DNA of 64,000 nt from Eledone cirrhosa. Lineage: Eukaryota. The notes beneath the pieces were generated by a model. The model saw only the letters and a program-made list of their open reading frames with translations. It ran no database searches and had not been told where the DNA came from. A program made the translations under genes and the position numbers. The DNA lies in the NCBI GenBank assembly GCA_964016885.1, contig OZ024740.1, forward strand, positions 369,086,001 through 369,150,000, written 5' to 3'. This document shows positions 39,430 to 54,019 of this stretch, in pieces. Position 1 is the stretch's first letter, and each line of letters begins with the position of its first letter.

Positions 39430-42400
39430 AATTGAAATGTACCTTCAGCGAAAGATTCCATACAGAAATTAATTCATGTATAAACATTCCTCTCGCGGAA
39501 CGATATAAAACAACAATATTAACCAAAAAGACACCAAATAATAAAATTATACGTGATATTGATGAAAGTGCGATGAGGAATAGTTACGATGAATTGAAGA
39601 CCTTCCATGTTGGCAAATCATCATCAGTTTATATGCCCTGGAAACGACTGTGATATAATATTATTGTGATAACAGAGATGTTACCAAAACAAAGCATCCT
39701 CAAAAATGCAAACAAAAACTAAAAAACTACACTCCTCTCCAACAAAGAGTAAAAAATAAAATAGAAACGATACTTGGAGACCTTACAACCAGAATTCTTC
39801 AATACAAGTTGATCAATCTCAAACAAGTATTGAGAGATGTCAGCCAGAAACCTCGATACCAGAAAAGGTTTGCTGACAGAAAAATAATTAATAAAAGATT
39901 CAGCCGAAACCAATGATCTATCTATAGAAATATAAAGGGCAAAGTAATAAATGTCACTGAGGCCCCATCTCAGAAAGATTAATTCTGGAGAAAAATATCT
40001 GGTGAAAAGAAGAAATTTAATCGAGATGCAGTGTGGTTGAAAGTCTAAAAAACTACTACTCTCAAACTCCGACAAAGACATACAGAATCAATGATGATAC
40101 ACTTGAGACAGTGATAGGAACACCCCAAGAAAAGAAAACACCAATAAGGGATTGATTGTCAGTTACTAGTACAAAAACCTGATATTCAATCGGGTGTATC
40201 TTTTCAACATCTACCAGCAAAATCTCAAAGGAGATGCATATATATCTGGCTGGTTCACGTTGGCACAAACAATATTGGCCCCTCAAAACAAAGACACTCA
40301 CTTATTAAAAGTCTACTAACCGATTGGATGCCAGAACCTAATATTTATAATGTATACAGTGCATCTGAACCTCTCTCTCCAAGATCATTCTGAAAATAAT
40401 TGTTTCTACTTTTGGCACAAGGCCAACAAATACCCAGTGTATTCCTGGTACTTTATTTTATCGACCCCATAAGGATGAGAGGCAAAGTTAACCTCGGCGG
40501 AATTTGAACTCAGAATGGCATGCGCCGTAACTCTATACGTCAAAACATGGCGTCCGACCCTCTACCGATACTGCCAATCCACCGCCCTTATTCTGAAAAT
40601 AATAAGATCATCACGGATGAGCAACTAGCTGGGAAGAAAACAGTAAGGCGTTGTGCTGAAGAAATCCTAATCAACAAAACTGTGATGTCAGAGGTGCGGT
40701 AAATTTAAAATGTTTGAAGCCCGGCTGAACAACACGGAAGCATTCGAACATGTTCCCACTCTTGGGTGATAGAGGCCCGCCGACGTGCTAAAGTCTCAGA
40801 CACTATTATCAGAGCCATAGAGAAACTATCGAGATCCTGGGATACAATACTAAGGTTAAATACAGAGGACGTTTCCCTGACAAATACAAAATCACATGGG
40901 TATATTTCTAGGAGTCAATCCCTCTGTGTTACTTTATATTCTATCATCACATCCCTTGTCTTTAAACCTCAACAAATGTGAAGCCTATATGGTGGGATCA
41001 CAGGAAGAAAGGAAATATGTGATGAAGGAAACCTTGAACTGTTTACGATTTTCTCGAATAATATGCGAAAGAATTTTGGCCAGAATAAATGTTCATATAT
41101 AATTGTAAAGCGAGGAAATGCTTCAAGCTACACATCAACATGTTTATCTATGGCCTAACTCTTTCCCTGATATCTGACAAGGACTACTACAAATACCTAA
41201 GTATGGGTTAGGAAATAGCCTATGATTGTATTTGTAGCAAGGAGCGTCTAATCATAGAATATTACACCCGATTAAAAATATTGTTATCTGAAATGTGTGC
41301 CCACAATAGAATAATGGATCGCAATGTGTTTGTTGTGTCTGACCTAACACCAACATTTGGAATACTCGATTGGGCGATAGATGAAGTCCTGGCTATCGAT
41401 GTTAAAACACCCAAACCTTAAACAACACCGGACATTTCCACATCACAGACTGCATCTACATGAAACATAAACAGGGAGGCAGATTATTAACATCAGTCCA
41501 GACAGCATTTAAGTGTGGCAGCATGTCCAACCGATGACATCTTCGAACGACCTAGCGTACGAGCGCATCTATTGAGATAGTCAGTCTACATTAGACAGAT
41601 AAGATCATGAGAGTTGGTAAAGGATCTCCTTGGTAAACACTACCAGCATGAGGATTAAAAACTCACAGCCAGGGAAATGTTCCTGCAATACCGCGATGAA
41701 TCCATAGATGCAACACAGCATGCTTATCAGGAAAATAGTCATGCCCAGATGTTTTTGTCTGGAGGCTCCAATGTGAGAATATTATAGATAAGCAAAGCAG
41801 TCTAACTTCGAACAACAACCGCTATAGTGGATCTCAATGTGAAGGATATGCTTTGCAATCCAAGAACAGGAAATCAATACAAAATACCTTGCAGGAAAAA
41901 CTCATATGTAGACCCTGCAGAATTAACATCGAAAATGTGAAAAGTATCATAAACAGATATCCAACGATATCAGCACTCTAGTATCTATTCATGAGGCATG
42001 GGGTAGTGGCCAAAATACTTTAAATTTCAATCCGTAAAAAAAGATATGCCTGACAACAAACATATTAAAAGGTACAGCAATGTGGAAGACATATACATAC
42101 ATAATATAAAAGAGTAATGATTGAATGTGCCAGTCAGTATCTCAGTAAAAGACAAGCATAATATGCCAGATATAGGAATATGGGACAGGGAAGAGGAGTC
42201 GTGCAGAGTAGTAGAATTCAGATGTCCAGTAGATGTTAATATATTAAAGTTTAGGGAACAGTAGAGCATATATCCAGAACTAATGAGGAATCTGCAGATA
42301 CACCACCCTGACTATGCCTTCAGATTTCTACCTACGATCATTGGTGCTCTGGGAAATGTTTCCAACTACTTCACTACAAATTCTGAAAAGCTGTACTTCA

Positions 42401-42755
42401 CAGAACCTTGACAAAATGTTAGGAAGTTTTAAGTATAGTCCATAAATGGAACTATATAATTATGTAAAACATTCCAAACTGTATGCATCTAATAACTGCA
42501 TATACACATGTATAGAATACAACATATATGAACATGTACATATATAACTCAAAACATACACATCCACACATACAATGACAGCTATACCTGCAAACATACA
42601 TGCGCACGCGCATACCCACATGCATGCTGACATACATATACTTTTACCTAGTTGATGTGTAAATTCTAATAAAAGAGTCTTGTGTCTCTTTTAGAAACCG
42701 CCCCTCTCTCACTATTCGTAAAAATTATAAAATAATGAAACCAGAAGAACATATA
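39430..42755 (+). mobile_element. Older, more degenerate 5'-truncated copy of the same R4/Dong-like LINE
   Basis: Colinear with 35525-38820, including the 3' end aaaccagaagaacata; interrupted by a SINE. Confidence 0.85.
40401..40589 (-). mobile_element. Full-length tRNA-derived SINE with 14-bp target site duplication
   Basis: Minus strand A-box-like tggcagtatcgg and B-box gagttcaaattcc; TSD attctgaaaataat at 40387-40400 and 40590-40603. Confidence 0.9.
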
Positions 42756-42909
42756 TTGCTTTTCATTGTTTCTCACCTGTAAGAAATACTAGATATTTCT
42801 CCTAGTCATTCATGGCTTGCTAGCTCTACACGGACGTTTACTTGATTATATATGTAATATATATATACATTTGAATTTGCACTCAGCCCACTTCTAGGTG
42901 AGTGCAAAC

Positions 42910-43015
42910 ACCTTCGCCGTGACCTCGTTCCAGTTCTTGTCCACCTGGAGGTCTGGACCGAACCAGACCCCGAGCAATTTCACCGGTCCTTCCGTCCAGC
43001 GTCCAAGATAAATGT
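42910..43015 (-). mobile_element. Short L1/Tx1-like LINE RT C-terminal fragment
   Basis: GC-rich island translating LGRWTEGPVKLLGVWFGPDLQVDKNWNEVTAKV (KxLGV motif followed by NW). Confidence 0.6.
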
Positions 43016-44054
43016 TTTCGTTTTTAAGAAAGGGAAAGTAAGTTTCTTAATTTCAGAACAATTACAATGGGATGTATGATTACTGAAACCCATGGTGGTT
43101 TGTTGTGAAGTTAAAAATAATATGTTTATAATTCATAAGATTATGAAAGGAATAACATTGTCACAAACACCCGCGTCTTGAAGAAGAATGAACCGGTAAG
43201 ATTGAAATTATGAAATGTCTATCAACCAGGAGACAAATCAATCATTATTGTAATGCTTAACACTTGACAAGAAACGGTGAAAATATGTTATTTATATATG
43301 CCAGAAAGAGAACGTTGGGGTCTATTATTAAACTATATACTTAGCTCTCTAGTTTTAGTACATTAATTTACATAGAATCGTAATTCAAAGTCTATTAGAT
43401 GATCATTGGAATACAGTTTTGAGGAGACAAGACGTGGAAAGCCACTTAAAAGCATCATCACATTGCAAAACTACTGTCAAACATGTTACGTTCAGTTAAC
43501 TCAAAACAATAAAATACCACGTGCATATTTAAAGATATAGTATCAGTATCAAAGTTTCAGCGAGGGTTTAATGTATTTACGCAAATATACACTATATGGA
43601 TGATAGATCATCTTAACACAATCATCAGTCGATACCTTCAAAACCAACGCTCTATTTCGTCGATTATTGACAAGTAGGCCATATGAAATATTTAAATATA
43701 ATGTACATAATTTTGTATATATATACAAACAATAATGACCTATTTATAAAATTATATATATATATAAATTGTTGCTATGTTACCACATAGAGATCCATCA
43801 CAACAATATTTATTTACAAAAATGAGTGAAAATCCATTTTGTATACTTGCGCAGTTGTTGACATCACGCCTGTATTTGTAGCATATGTGACATGCGGCGT
43901 TTACTTTCACCTTCTCGTACTACTGAATCCTATCAAAATGTATTAACAACTAGTCATTATTATGTGCCGAATTTAGAGCAACAATCGTATTTGATAGGAT
44001 ACTACGTCATTCGGTGTGAGACAGGAAGCTCATTTCTCTCTCATTCGCTCTCTC

Positions 44055-44153
<99 letters not shown>

Positions 44154-45811
44154 CTCGCTCTCTATGTCTATTTCTTTCTCTTTATATATATATATATATA
44201 TATGGGTGGAAGTGCGACGAAACCTAAGCATATACAGAAAGTTCGATATGTAGGTATATTGCTAGCTGTGTAGGTGGGAAAATCAATAAATAATAGGAGG
44301 AACAGAAACTTATACAATTATGTTGCCTAATCAACGTACAATCAAAACGTGTTGCAATTACCGGACACGACAAGTTAACGGTTTAACTGCCGGGAATTCA
44401 GTCAGAAGTAAATATATGTTGAGAATCAGGCGGTGAAAATGTAATGGACATTTAAAAATTTTCGATAGAATAGTTTGAGTTTAATATTTATTTGCTATAT
44501 TATGAGAACCTACTAGAAATTACTGTATCTTATTAAACCACGGTTAGTACAAGTGAAACTGACCCACGATTAAATTTATACCACCAATCATTCCTTTTTC
44601 ATGCAATATGTCCTCTTGACTGGATGATACAATATGCATTTTGAAGACGTTTAGGCTGTTATTTTCATCCGGTCAAACGATTAAAACTCGATTTATAATT
44701 TGAGTATTTGCATTTAATTATTTGTGGTTATGTTAAACTAAGTCCATTATAGGAGACATGAGTTTATATTTACATGAAATGTGCATTGACCTCTACCTAT
44801 ATTACCTTCCACGGCATGTGAAGCTCATCGAATAAAACAATTCCTATTAGAGATACATTAGTAACCATTGAATAGTCAGTATAATGTGATGCATGCATCT
44901 TTGTTCTTGAAAGGATTAATTACCTAGACATGCGTATTTGGTCACGCTAAGTTTGCATATAGGTGGTGGTGAAATATTTTAAAACAGCCATATAGTACTT
45001 TTAAACTAAGTGGATGACCGACATAAACATACAGTAATATGTACAACAATACATTTTGATATACAATTGACACACGAAGTAAGTGTATATGACGTGCAAG
45101 CTAGTGAATACCGGAAGACTAGCTGCAAAGGTTAATGGAAAATGTTTCTAAATTTAATACTTCTTATGAAACGAAAGAAAAAAACGAGAAAATTAAGATA
45201 TCTCGAACATTTGAAATCTTGGTAACTAAAGGTTTTCCTGCATGCTTTTAGCTATTTCACCCGTTGGCTGTTAGTGTTTGCGCTAGGGGATATCACTTGA
45301 AACATCCAAACAAGTATTCTAAAATATTTCTGGTCGAACGCTATTAACGTTCATGAGAAGGCCAGTCAGACTGTATCCTTTGTATGAGTCATCAATCATG
45401 CGGATAGCATTAATATATCACCAAAGTGTTAGATGTAAAAGGAAACTTTCTTGGGTACGAGAATTATTTTACACTATTTTCAGTTATCCGTTATAAACGA
45501 TGATTTAGGAAAAATAACTATATTTACGATTCGATTTAAGAAATTAAATTATTGAAATCTACACATGAACCCATGGCCGTTATTAATTATAATACATTAT
45601 ATAAATGTATTCTTTCCAAAGATGAATTACTCACATGGTTAAATCATCAGGCTCATCAGTCAAAATACATGGGAAAATAGATAATGCATCCCACAAAATA
45701 TACTCATGTACATATGCACGGACATTCTCAATAACAAAGTGCAAATGCATAAGTGCACCTACGTATTGCTTCATTTATAAACTCATATATATATATATAT
45801 ATATATATATA

Positions 45812-46215
45812 GTAATAATAATAAAATTGAAGACTAAAATCCAAAGAGGGCTCGATAAGGATAAATATATATCAAATATATAAGAACCGCAGAGCAAATA
45901 TTTATTAAAATAACAGATTAAAGTTTAAGCAAAGAATCGCTGCTTTCACCCTTAACGGGATCTTCTGAAACTAACAAAGTCAATATGTAAACGCAGAACT
46001 GGATATTTCAAAAAACGTTGCAACCGGAGGAAGACAGGAAGACGATACTTTGGTTCGTGGAAACGTTCGCTGGCAAAGAACGGGAAAAACGAATAATACG
46101 TCATTAATAGGAGCGGTGAAAAACAATTACGCGCAAAGACAGAACCACGTTTATGGTATAAAAGAGGTTGAAGACTAATGTTCTCTTAGGTGGTGCATAG
46201 AGACGTTCTCTGGCC
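45812..46215 (-). mobile_element. Third copy of the 537-1617 PLE pseudo-LTR, starting at (AT)n
   Basis: Colinear with 537-934. Confidence 0.85.
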
Positions 46216-46509
46216 TAGTTACTAAACCACACAGTGTAACATCCCCTGATGAACGAGAAATTCCTACCGTAACAGGGAACGGAGAGAAGACAGCAAAAAA
46301 GGCACCAGACCGCAATTCAACGATATGGCAGCAGGAGAGTAGACATCCCATGTTTTAATTTTTTCTCATCTCTCGCACTCTCTCACACTTATGATGTTGA
46401 GAACAATAACGTCAAAAATAATAATTTGTTTAATAATTAGCTAGCGAACGATATTTATATATCTGTCTAATTATCATCAAACAAATTACCTATTGTGTGA
46501 TGGAAGTTT

Positions 46510-48290
46510 TCTTCAATACACCCACTTATTCCTGAGAGGGTAATGGGGAAAGACTTCTTAAACACTGCTTCTAGTGGGTCCTGTCAGCAGCAACTGTTTC
46601 CACCTGAGCCGACTGGAACCCCAATCAAGACAAGTGAAGCTCATGGATGTTATCCAACCCTCTTACCCGAGGTTTACCACTGGGTCACATGCCAGGTAGT
46701 TTTACCCGTAAACTCTGTCCAGCGATTCCCCCCTGGGCCATTCCAACCACATGCCCATAGTATCAGCGTTGTAATCTCTCAACTCGGCGAAGTAACGGCT
46801 CTGCAAGAAGTGATTCTGTGATCTCCGAGCTAGGCACTCTATCGAGATACGTTACTCTATATATGAAGGAACCCAATTCCGGCTCCTTGTATTCGCAAAC
46901 GTATTCTTTCGGTTATTACCCAAGATTCACTATCATAGGTAAATGTTGGAACGAATACCGAATTGAGGACAGTGAGTTTCGCTTTTACTCCCACCTCATT
47001 TCTACTGATTAATGAAAGCTGAAGCTGGCGCATTGCTGCTCCATCTTCTGCAGTTATTTTACTTAATTCATCCTCCTGCCTTCCATTACTCCGGAACACG
47101 TCCATTCACATGTAAAGAACACTGCGCAGCCTTCCTTGAGAGGATGAGTGTCTCAGGTTCGCAGCATCGATTTTCATCCAGCCACTCAGCACTCGGTATC
47201 ACACGTTTCGAATGCAAGTCGGAGATCACTATGTTGTCTGTAAATTCAAGCCGACTGTTTTTACACCCGCTAGTCATGGTACTCCCTCAATAGCATCTGC
47301 GCATGTCAAGCTTGTTCGTGTAAATAATGAACAGGAGAGGTGACAGTATGCATCTACGGTGTAGTCTGACCTATACATAGAATGGTTTCGATTTAGCCCC
47401 ATTTATCCGAACACAAAGCATTAATTTAGAGATATCAGGATAGGAAGAAGCTGACCATCGATCTGATACACTTGCAGAACCTTCTACCGCAGGTCCAGAG
47501 GAACGCGTTTCTTCGAGTTTTCAAGATCGAGAAAACAACAACATACATCTTGGCAACAATCCCGCGATTTTTCAAAGACCTGTCGGTGTGTGAATATTTG
47601 GTCGTCTCTTCTGCGTCCGGAACGAAATCCGTACCTTTCTTCAGCTACCTTGAGGTCAACAGTCTCCACTTACCTCTTTGCCATACACATTGCATAGACT
47701 TTACCGGGGTTTCTTAACAAGGAGATCCCTACGTAATTGGAAAAATATGTCTGTTCTTTCTTTCGGTATTTGGGATTATCACTCCAAATTACTATTGCAT
47801 ACGGGTCTTTCCAGAGATCGAGGCCAGCCGACGCACACAAGTCAGCAAGAGAATGCCTTCTTTATTAACGGTGTCTAGCATCTCGAGCCGGATTTCTTCT
47901 TACACAGTGACCTTGCTACATTTGAGCTCTTTAACTTCTATTGTGACCTCAGCCTGAGAGATAAGTCACTACTCCGTGATGCAGAACCTGTACATCAGAA
48001 GATGCTGTTGCGATCGGGTTTCGGAGATCCGCTAAGTACTCTCTCTACCTAAGACGCGTTTTTGTTAAAAGATGTGTAGAAGGGTTTCTTATTACAAACT
48101 CGGCGGATGATTTGCCAGAGAATGTATTTGCTAATCTGAAGACGGATTCCAGCTGAAACACATAATCCTCCCTTCTCGAAACTGTAAATTCATTTACTGT
48201 CTATGTTCCGTTTCCTCGTGCCTTCTTGTACTGCAAGTGCAGGAAAGAGGACTTATTTACAATACAAGCTTTGTATGCCTCTTTATTTTC
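46510..48290 (-). mobile_element. Degenerate RTE-clade LINE (RT and 3' end)
   Basis: EERYGFRSGR..DQIFTHRQVFEK..CCFLDLE, G.RLHRRCILSPLLFIIY, AKLTVLNSVFVPTFTYDSESWV. Confidence 0.85.
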
Positions 48291-49739
48291 TTGGATGGCA
48301 TCTTTGAACTCTTGATTGAATAAAGGGGTCTTCCTGCCATCCTATGAAAATCCAAACTTTTTCACCCAGACTATTTAACATTGTAGTGATTAGTTTAGCT
48401 CTTTGCAATCTAAAATGCTCAGAAAACGCGAAGATGTGATAAACATAACATGTACAAATTGTATAGCGCATATGCAAATAGTTCCACCCTCCCTGTACAT
48501 ATAGTCACTTCAAAATAATAATATCCCTTTCTTTTCACAAACTTTCTAATGCTTTGCCTTATAAAATTGCTTCTGTATTATTAATAAATGATCTGAAGTA
48601 CTTAGTTCTTGTCTTCACAGAATTTCGAAAACTGTTCATAGAGATTTTAGTTAAACTTAATTTTAAAAATTAAATAAGTAATATTTCTTTATATGATTTT
48701 TAAGCGATTTTATTATGTTTATATAAAGACGAATAGACAAAATAAGTAAACTATTTTTTTTTTCATTATAACTTTTTTCACCTACTTTATCTTTAGTTAG
48801 TATATAAGTAAATTAAATTTAATGTAAATTGATAAACATATTTTCGTATAATAATAGTTACGCCAATAGTTTTATTTGCCTCTATTCGTATAATACCTAC
48901 TTAAATATAATTGTTGAAAAGGTAAATAAGGCCACGGTAATTACATCTCTTCTTTTGATCTAAATAATTTATCTCTTAGCATTGTAAACATATCAATTAT
49001 ATAAAAAAAGAACCATACCAATTATTAAATATATTTCCACTCATATAATACCAATTTAAATTATACATAAACATAGATAATTTACCTTTGAATTTCATAA
49101 TTCCTAATTTTCCTTCTTTCTTATTTAGTTACAATATGATTCTTGCATCCTAGAATGTTTTTTCTTTGGTATAATATATATTTTTTAGTATAGTATCTAT
49201 TTTAAGATAATATAATTAACATATAAACTGTCTATGGTCTATATTTATTTATTTTTTAACCAATCTATTTACGTCATATTTAAAATAATTTCAGATACGT
49301 TAAGTCCAACTGTATTTTTCTCCCATTCACGTAACAGCTGCTGTGTTGGGATTCTCTTCTAATCATATGCATAGTTGTCACCGACTGTCCAGATCATTTG
49401 ACAGCCAGTATATCAAAAGAATTATCCATCTTCTATGCATTTTGTCGGACAAGAACATGTTTTGGATTTTTCTATACATAAGACTTGCATTTTCGAAGTA
49501 TATATATAATAAAATAAATAGAGAGAGTATTCTTAAGTAACTATCTTTTGTTTATTATTATTTTTTCATTTATCTTGCTTTATGTTCATACGAGTTATCA
49601 CCAAGTCACAACCAAGGGACAACAAGGTCTGCCATGTTCAAGAAAGTACACATACACACATATATATATACCTTTAGGTGTTTAGACTTGTGATTTATTT
49701 ATATAGAATCTTCTTAGTATATGGGCAGTTGCCATTAGT

Positions 49740-49962
49740 ACTATTTCTGTATCTCTTCTATACGCAGGTTTCCTGGGATGTGGGATAATAAATCATTAGA
49801 CCCGTTAGGTTTCATTCCTAGAGCACCTACAACCAACTAGTGTAGTTTTAGTTCTCAACTTCCACAGTTTTCCAATCTCTATCTCCAGGTAGTTATACTT
49901 GCTCAATTTTTCAAATGTTTTATAGATACATTCTTGTCTATAGGAACGGTCATGTCAATTAT
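49740..49962 (-). mobile_element. R4/Dong-like RLE C-terminal fragment
   Basis: IDMTVPIDKNVSIKTFEKLSKYNYLEIEIGKLWKL. Confidence 0.65.
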
Positions 49963-50168
49963 TATTGGCAGTATCGGTAGAGGGTCGGACGCCTTGCTTT
50001 GATGCATAGATTTACGGCCTTTTCCATTCTGAGTTCAAATCCCGCCAAGGTTAACTTTGCCTTTCATCCTTACGGGGTCGATAAAATAAAGTACCACTAA
50101 AGCAGTGGGTAATTGCTGGCCTCGTGCCAAGAGTAAAAACAATGATTATTATTATTATTATTATTATT
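49963..50168 (+). mobile_element. tRNA-derived SINE with (ATT)n tail
   Basis: tggcagtatcggtagagggtcggacg..gagttcaaatcccgcc..cggggtcgataaaataaagtacca; homologous to 40401-40589. Confidence 0.85.
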
Positions 50169-50169
50169 G

Positions 50170-53100
50170 TTCTTTGAGCCACAGTCATTGATGTTATTTA
50201 ACTGGAAAGTGTGTCGAAAAGAATATCAAGCTGCCACCTGACTAATCTTGTTTAACCATCCGTGGAAACTCTTTGGGATAGTACCTAGTGCGCCTATGAC
50301 AATCGGGACGACTTTGATTTCATGGCAGTTCCAAATACCTTTTACCTCCCATTTTAAGTCCTGGTATTGGTTACTTTTCTCCCTCTCCTTTTCTTGCACT
50401 CTCTTATCAAATGGGCAGGTTACATCTACAATCAGGCACGATCCTTTTTCCTTGTCCAAAACCACCAGGTCAGGCCTATTGTGTTTTAATTTGTTGTCCG
50501 TCTGTATCCTAAAATCCCATAGCACCTTCAGCTGATCGTTTTCTATCAAGGACTCTGGCTGATGTTCATTCCACTTCTCAGAATGTGGTGAATTGTTTAC
50601 TTTGAGTAGGTGTCAGTGGATCACCCTGTCTATCACATCATGTCTCCAGCCTTTATAGTGAGACTGGGCTAGTGTTTAAACTCGGATACTATGTGAGCCA
50701 CAGTCTACTCTCTCTCTCCACAGATCCTACACAGTGGACTAGCCTCCTCCTTGTAAATATGGTGTTTCACCCACTTCGTTCTGAGGGCCTGTTCTTGCGC
50801 AGCAATTAGCATTCCTTATGTAGCCTTTTTAAGGTCTCCTCTTTTTAACCAGTTCCATGTCTGTGGATCTCTAAATTCAGTTTTCTTAAAAAAGCTACAA
50901 TGAAGGGATTTTTCATGAAGGATTTTCGTCCGCCTTGTTGTTATTTCCTCCTTGGACATCCCCCGGTATATTGTCTTCTCCTTCAGTACAATTTTGTACA
51001 TTGGCTCCCTACTGTCAGTCACGTATTTGTGTAGGTTGTCTTCTCCATCTGAACACAGTCCTCTATGCTGATAAGACCTCGTCCAGTTTCAGATCTCTTT
51101 AAGTAGAGTTTATCGACATCACTTCTCTTGTGGAACATGTTGTAGATAGGCAATAGCTTCCTAATCTTCCTATCCATTTCTTTTTGTTCAACAACATTCC
51201 ATTTCAGAATTCCCGGACTGTACCTAATAATAGACACAGCTCGGGAATTCACTGCACTTATGGCATTCCTATCATTTAGACGTGATTTTAATACGCTTCT
51301 TAGTCTCCAAATATACTCAGATCTTATCAATTTCTTCATTTATTTGTTCTTGATGTCATCTGCCTCCAGAATACCTAAACATTTGTATCCTTTTTCACTG
51401 TCAATTTCCTTTATCATCTCACCTGTTGGTACCTGGATTCCGTTGCTTCTGCTCAATTTACACCTCTTCATCACTAGGACTTCCCACTTATTAATACCGA
51501 ATTCCATACATATATCATTGCTGAAAATACGAACAGTGTCAACAAGTACATCCAACACCAAATGACTCTTCCCAAAGAGTTTAATATCGTCCACTGAAGA
51601 GGAGGTGATTGGTGGTAAGCTCTCCTTTTCTCAACTGGTATCCTGCTCTTACTTTTTGAAATATAATGGTCAGGGGTATCAGGGCAAGGACAAACGACAG
51701 AGGGGACAAACTATCTCTTGATCGTCATGCCTGCCAAGAATTCTCCACCCGATGTTAACTCTGTTTCCCAGGACTTCATACTTTTGCTCAACAACTGTTT
51801 GATGTTGTCTTCCACCTTGAAGATCTCTAGGCTTTTGGTTATCCAAGAATGAGATACCATGTTGAATGCCTTCTCATAATCTATCCATCCCATGGCAAGA
51901 CCAGTGGGTCTCCTCTTGCAATTCCTCATTACCATCTTATCAATAAGTAACTGGTCTTTTGTACCACGGGAGTTCTTTCGGCATCCTTTCTGTTCGTCCG
52001 GTAACAAGTTTTTTTATGTAGAGGTGATGTTAGATTTCCTCAGACACAATATTTGTTAACAGTTTCCACATTACGGAAGACATTTGATAGGTCTATAGTT
52101 GGTAACATCATTACTCTTGATTCGGTCTTTCATTACCAGAACTGTGGTACATTTTGTCAACCACTCTGGTACCTCACCGGACATCAAGCAGTCATTGAAC
52201 ATGGTTGTCAGTTTCGGGTGGAGGGATGTTATATTTTTAATCCAATACCCTTGCACACCATCTGGGCCTGGTGATTTCCAGTTGGTTAGTTTTTTGGCCT
52301 GCCCCTTAAGAGTTTCAACTGTGATACTAAAATCAGTTTGTTGGTGTGCCTGCTCACCGATCTCCCTCTGTACTGTCTCAATCCACCCTGCCTGGTCATT
52401 ATGTCTAACATCCTGCTCCCATATTCCTCTCCAGAATGTTTTAGTTTGTTCCGCCTCAGGGATCAAGTCGTTGCCTCTTTCTTTCCCCTCAAGCTGTCCA
52501 AACAGCATCTTCTGGTTGTTGTCGAACATGCGGTTCTGTTTATACTGACTGACTCTGTTCTCGTATCGCCTGATTTTTGCACTCTTTGCTACAATGCGTT
52601 GCTTCAGTTCCTCTATGATAATATTTAGCTTTTTCCTCCTAGTTTTGTACTTTATTTCCAGTCTATTTTTAGTGCCTATGTTTTTTAGTGTCACATTCAG
52701 TAGTGACTCAAGCTTTCCAATGTCATTTCTCATTTCCCTGATTTGACCACTCAGTCGTTTCTTCCACCAAGGCTCTGCTCTTTCTTGTCTGTTGTTTCCT
52801 CTCGCCTTTATACCGAGTAGTTTCCTAACCGCATTTGTTGTTGCTTTGAGGATATTGTTGCACTGGTGAAGGCTCCTCGCCTCAAGGTATGGGATGACTT
52901 TGTTAACCTTAGCTATTGTTTCTTTTAACTTTTTCCTGTCTACAAATCTTAGGTTCATAGGTCTCCCACTATCATTGTTCAATTCATCTACCACTAAATT
53001 TAGGATGTCAACCGAATCTTGTCCTAGCCCGTCTGCATTCATCTCCTCAATGGCCGTATCTCTGTTCCAGCTATTATTTATCTCAGTATTCAGATCATTG

Positions 53101-53690
53101 TCTGCTTCGGGTGGTTCCTCCGTTCTCTCGACCTCTTCACCTTCATTTCCCACTGGCTCGTTTGCCTGGCATACTCCAACCTCCATCTCCAAGCTAATCT
53201 CTCTGGTCAGTTCCTCCAGTTCCAGCTCGCTTATCCACCCATTAGTTCTTATTACCTGAGCCTGCCCGGCCAATTTTTGTTCATCTAATTTAAATAGACC
53301 AATCTCGTTCCAGATGTTATGCATCCGTCTCCTATAGCCCCTCTCCTTGGGGTTACTTTTCAGGTAACATTGCATAACAGTTCTATTCACTTCTTTCATC
53401 CGGTTGGTTCTGGTCCCTTTCCTTCTTCTTCTTCCTCCAACACCAGCACTATTTGGTTGACAGCCAGGTTCCTGCTGCTGAGCCAGGGAGCAGCTGTTGG
53501 GTGAGAGTCTGTCACATGACGTTCTAGTCTCCATTTAACCGTTATTCGAACTGTTTAGGTTCGATATTTAAACACTCTTATCGAGGATTGGCGAATGTAT
53601 GGTTTCATAACCATCTGTGGATTCACCGTCTCCGGTGGTTGCGCCGCTCCACTTGGAACTCGTGTGGAATTATCACTACGCTGTAGACGA
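50170..53690 (-). mobile_element. Near full-length, inactivated R4/Dong-clade LINE, second family
   Basis: 487-aa N-terminal ORF ending NYRPIKCL, then [56 protein letters not shown]; 3' end runs into (TAA)n. Confidence 0.92.
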
Positions 53691-54019
53691 AAACAAATAA
53701 ACAAACAAACACACAGGCAGAAAAAAACCCAAAAATGAATAAGCATAAGTTTCATTGTAATATAGTGTTCGAATGTCTGACATAGTTTTTCCCTTCTCTT
53801 CTCTGTCCGTCCGCTTGTTTCTCTCTTCATTCTTATTTTCTTTACGTTTTTTTTTGTTTTTGTTTTTCTCTGTTTGTTTTTCTCTTTTTTTTTCTGTTGT
53901 TGCTGTGCTGCTTTGGTTTTGATGTTTGTTTTGTTTTTTTTCTTTTGAGTCTATCTATATATTTTGATGCCTTCCTCTTTTTAGTAGGAATTCTATAATG
54001 TGGTGGCAGCAACTAGCAG

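Noticed and set aside
46240-46290. CTGATGA near a PLE repeat
   Set aside because: Could not build stems I-III around it
49963-50050. tRNA gene (A/B boxes)
   Set aside because: It is the head of a SINE; continues into SINE body and tail, no convincing cloverleaf
52071-53534. 487-aa ORF as a host gene
   Set aside because: It is the N-terminal part of a frameshifted R4/Dong LINE ORF
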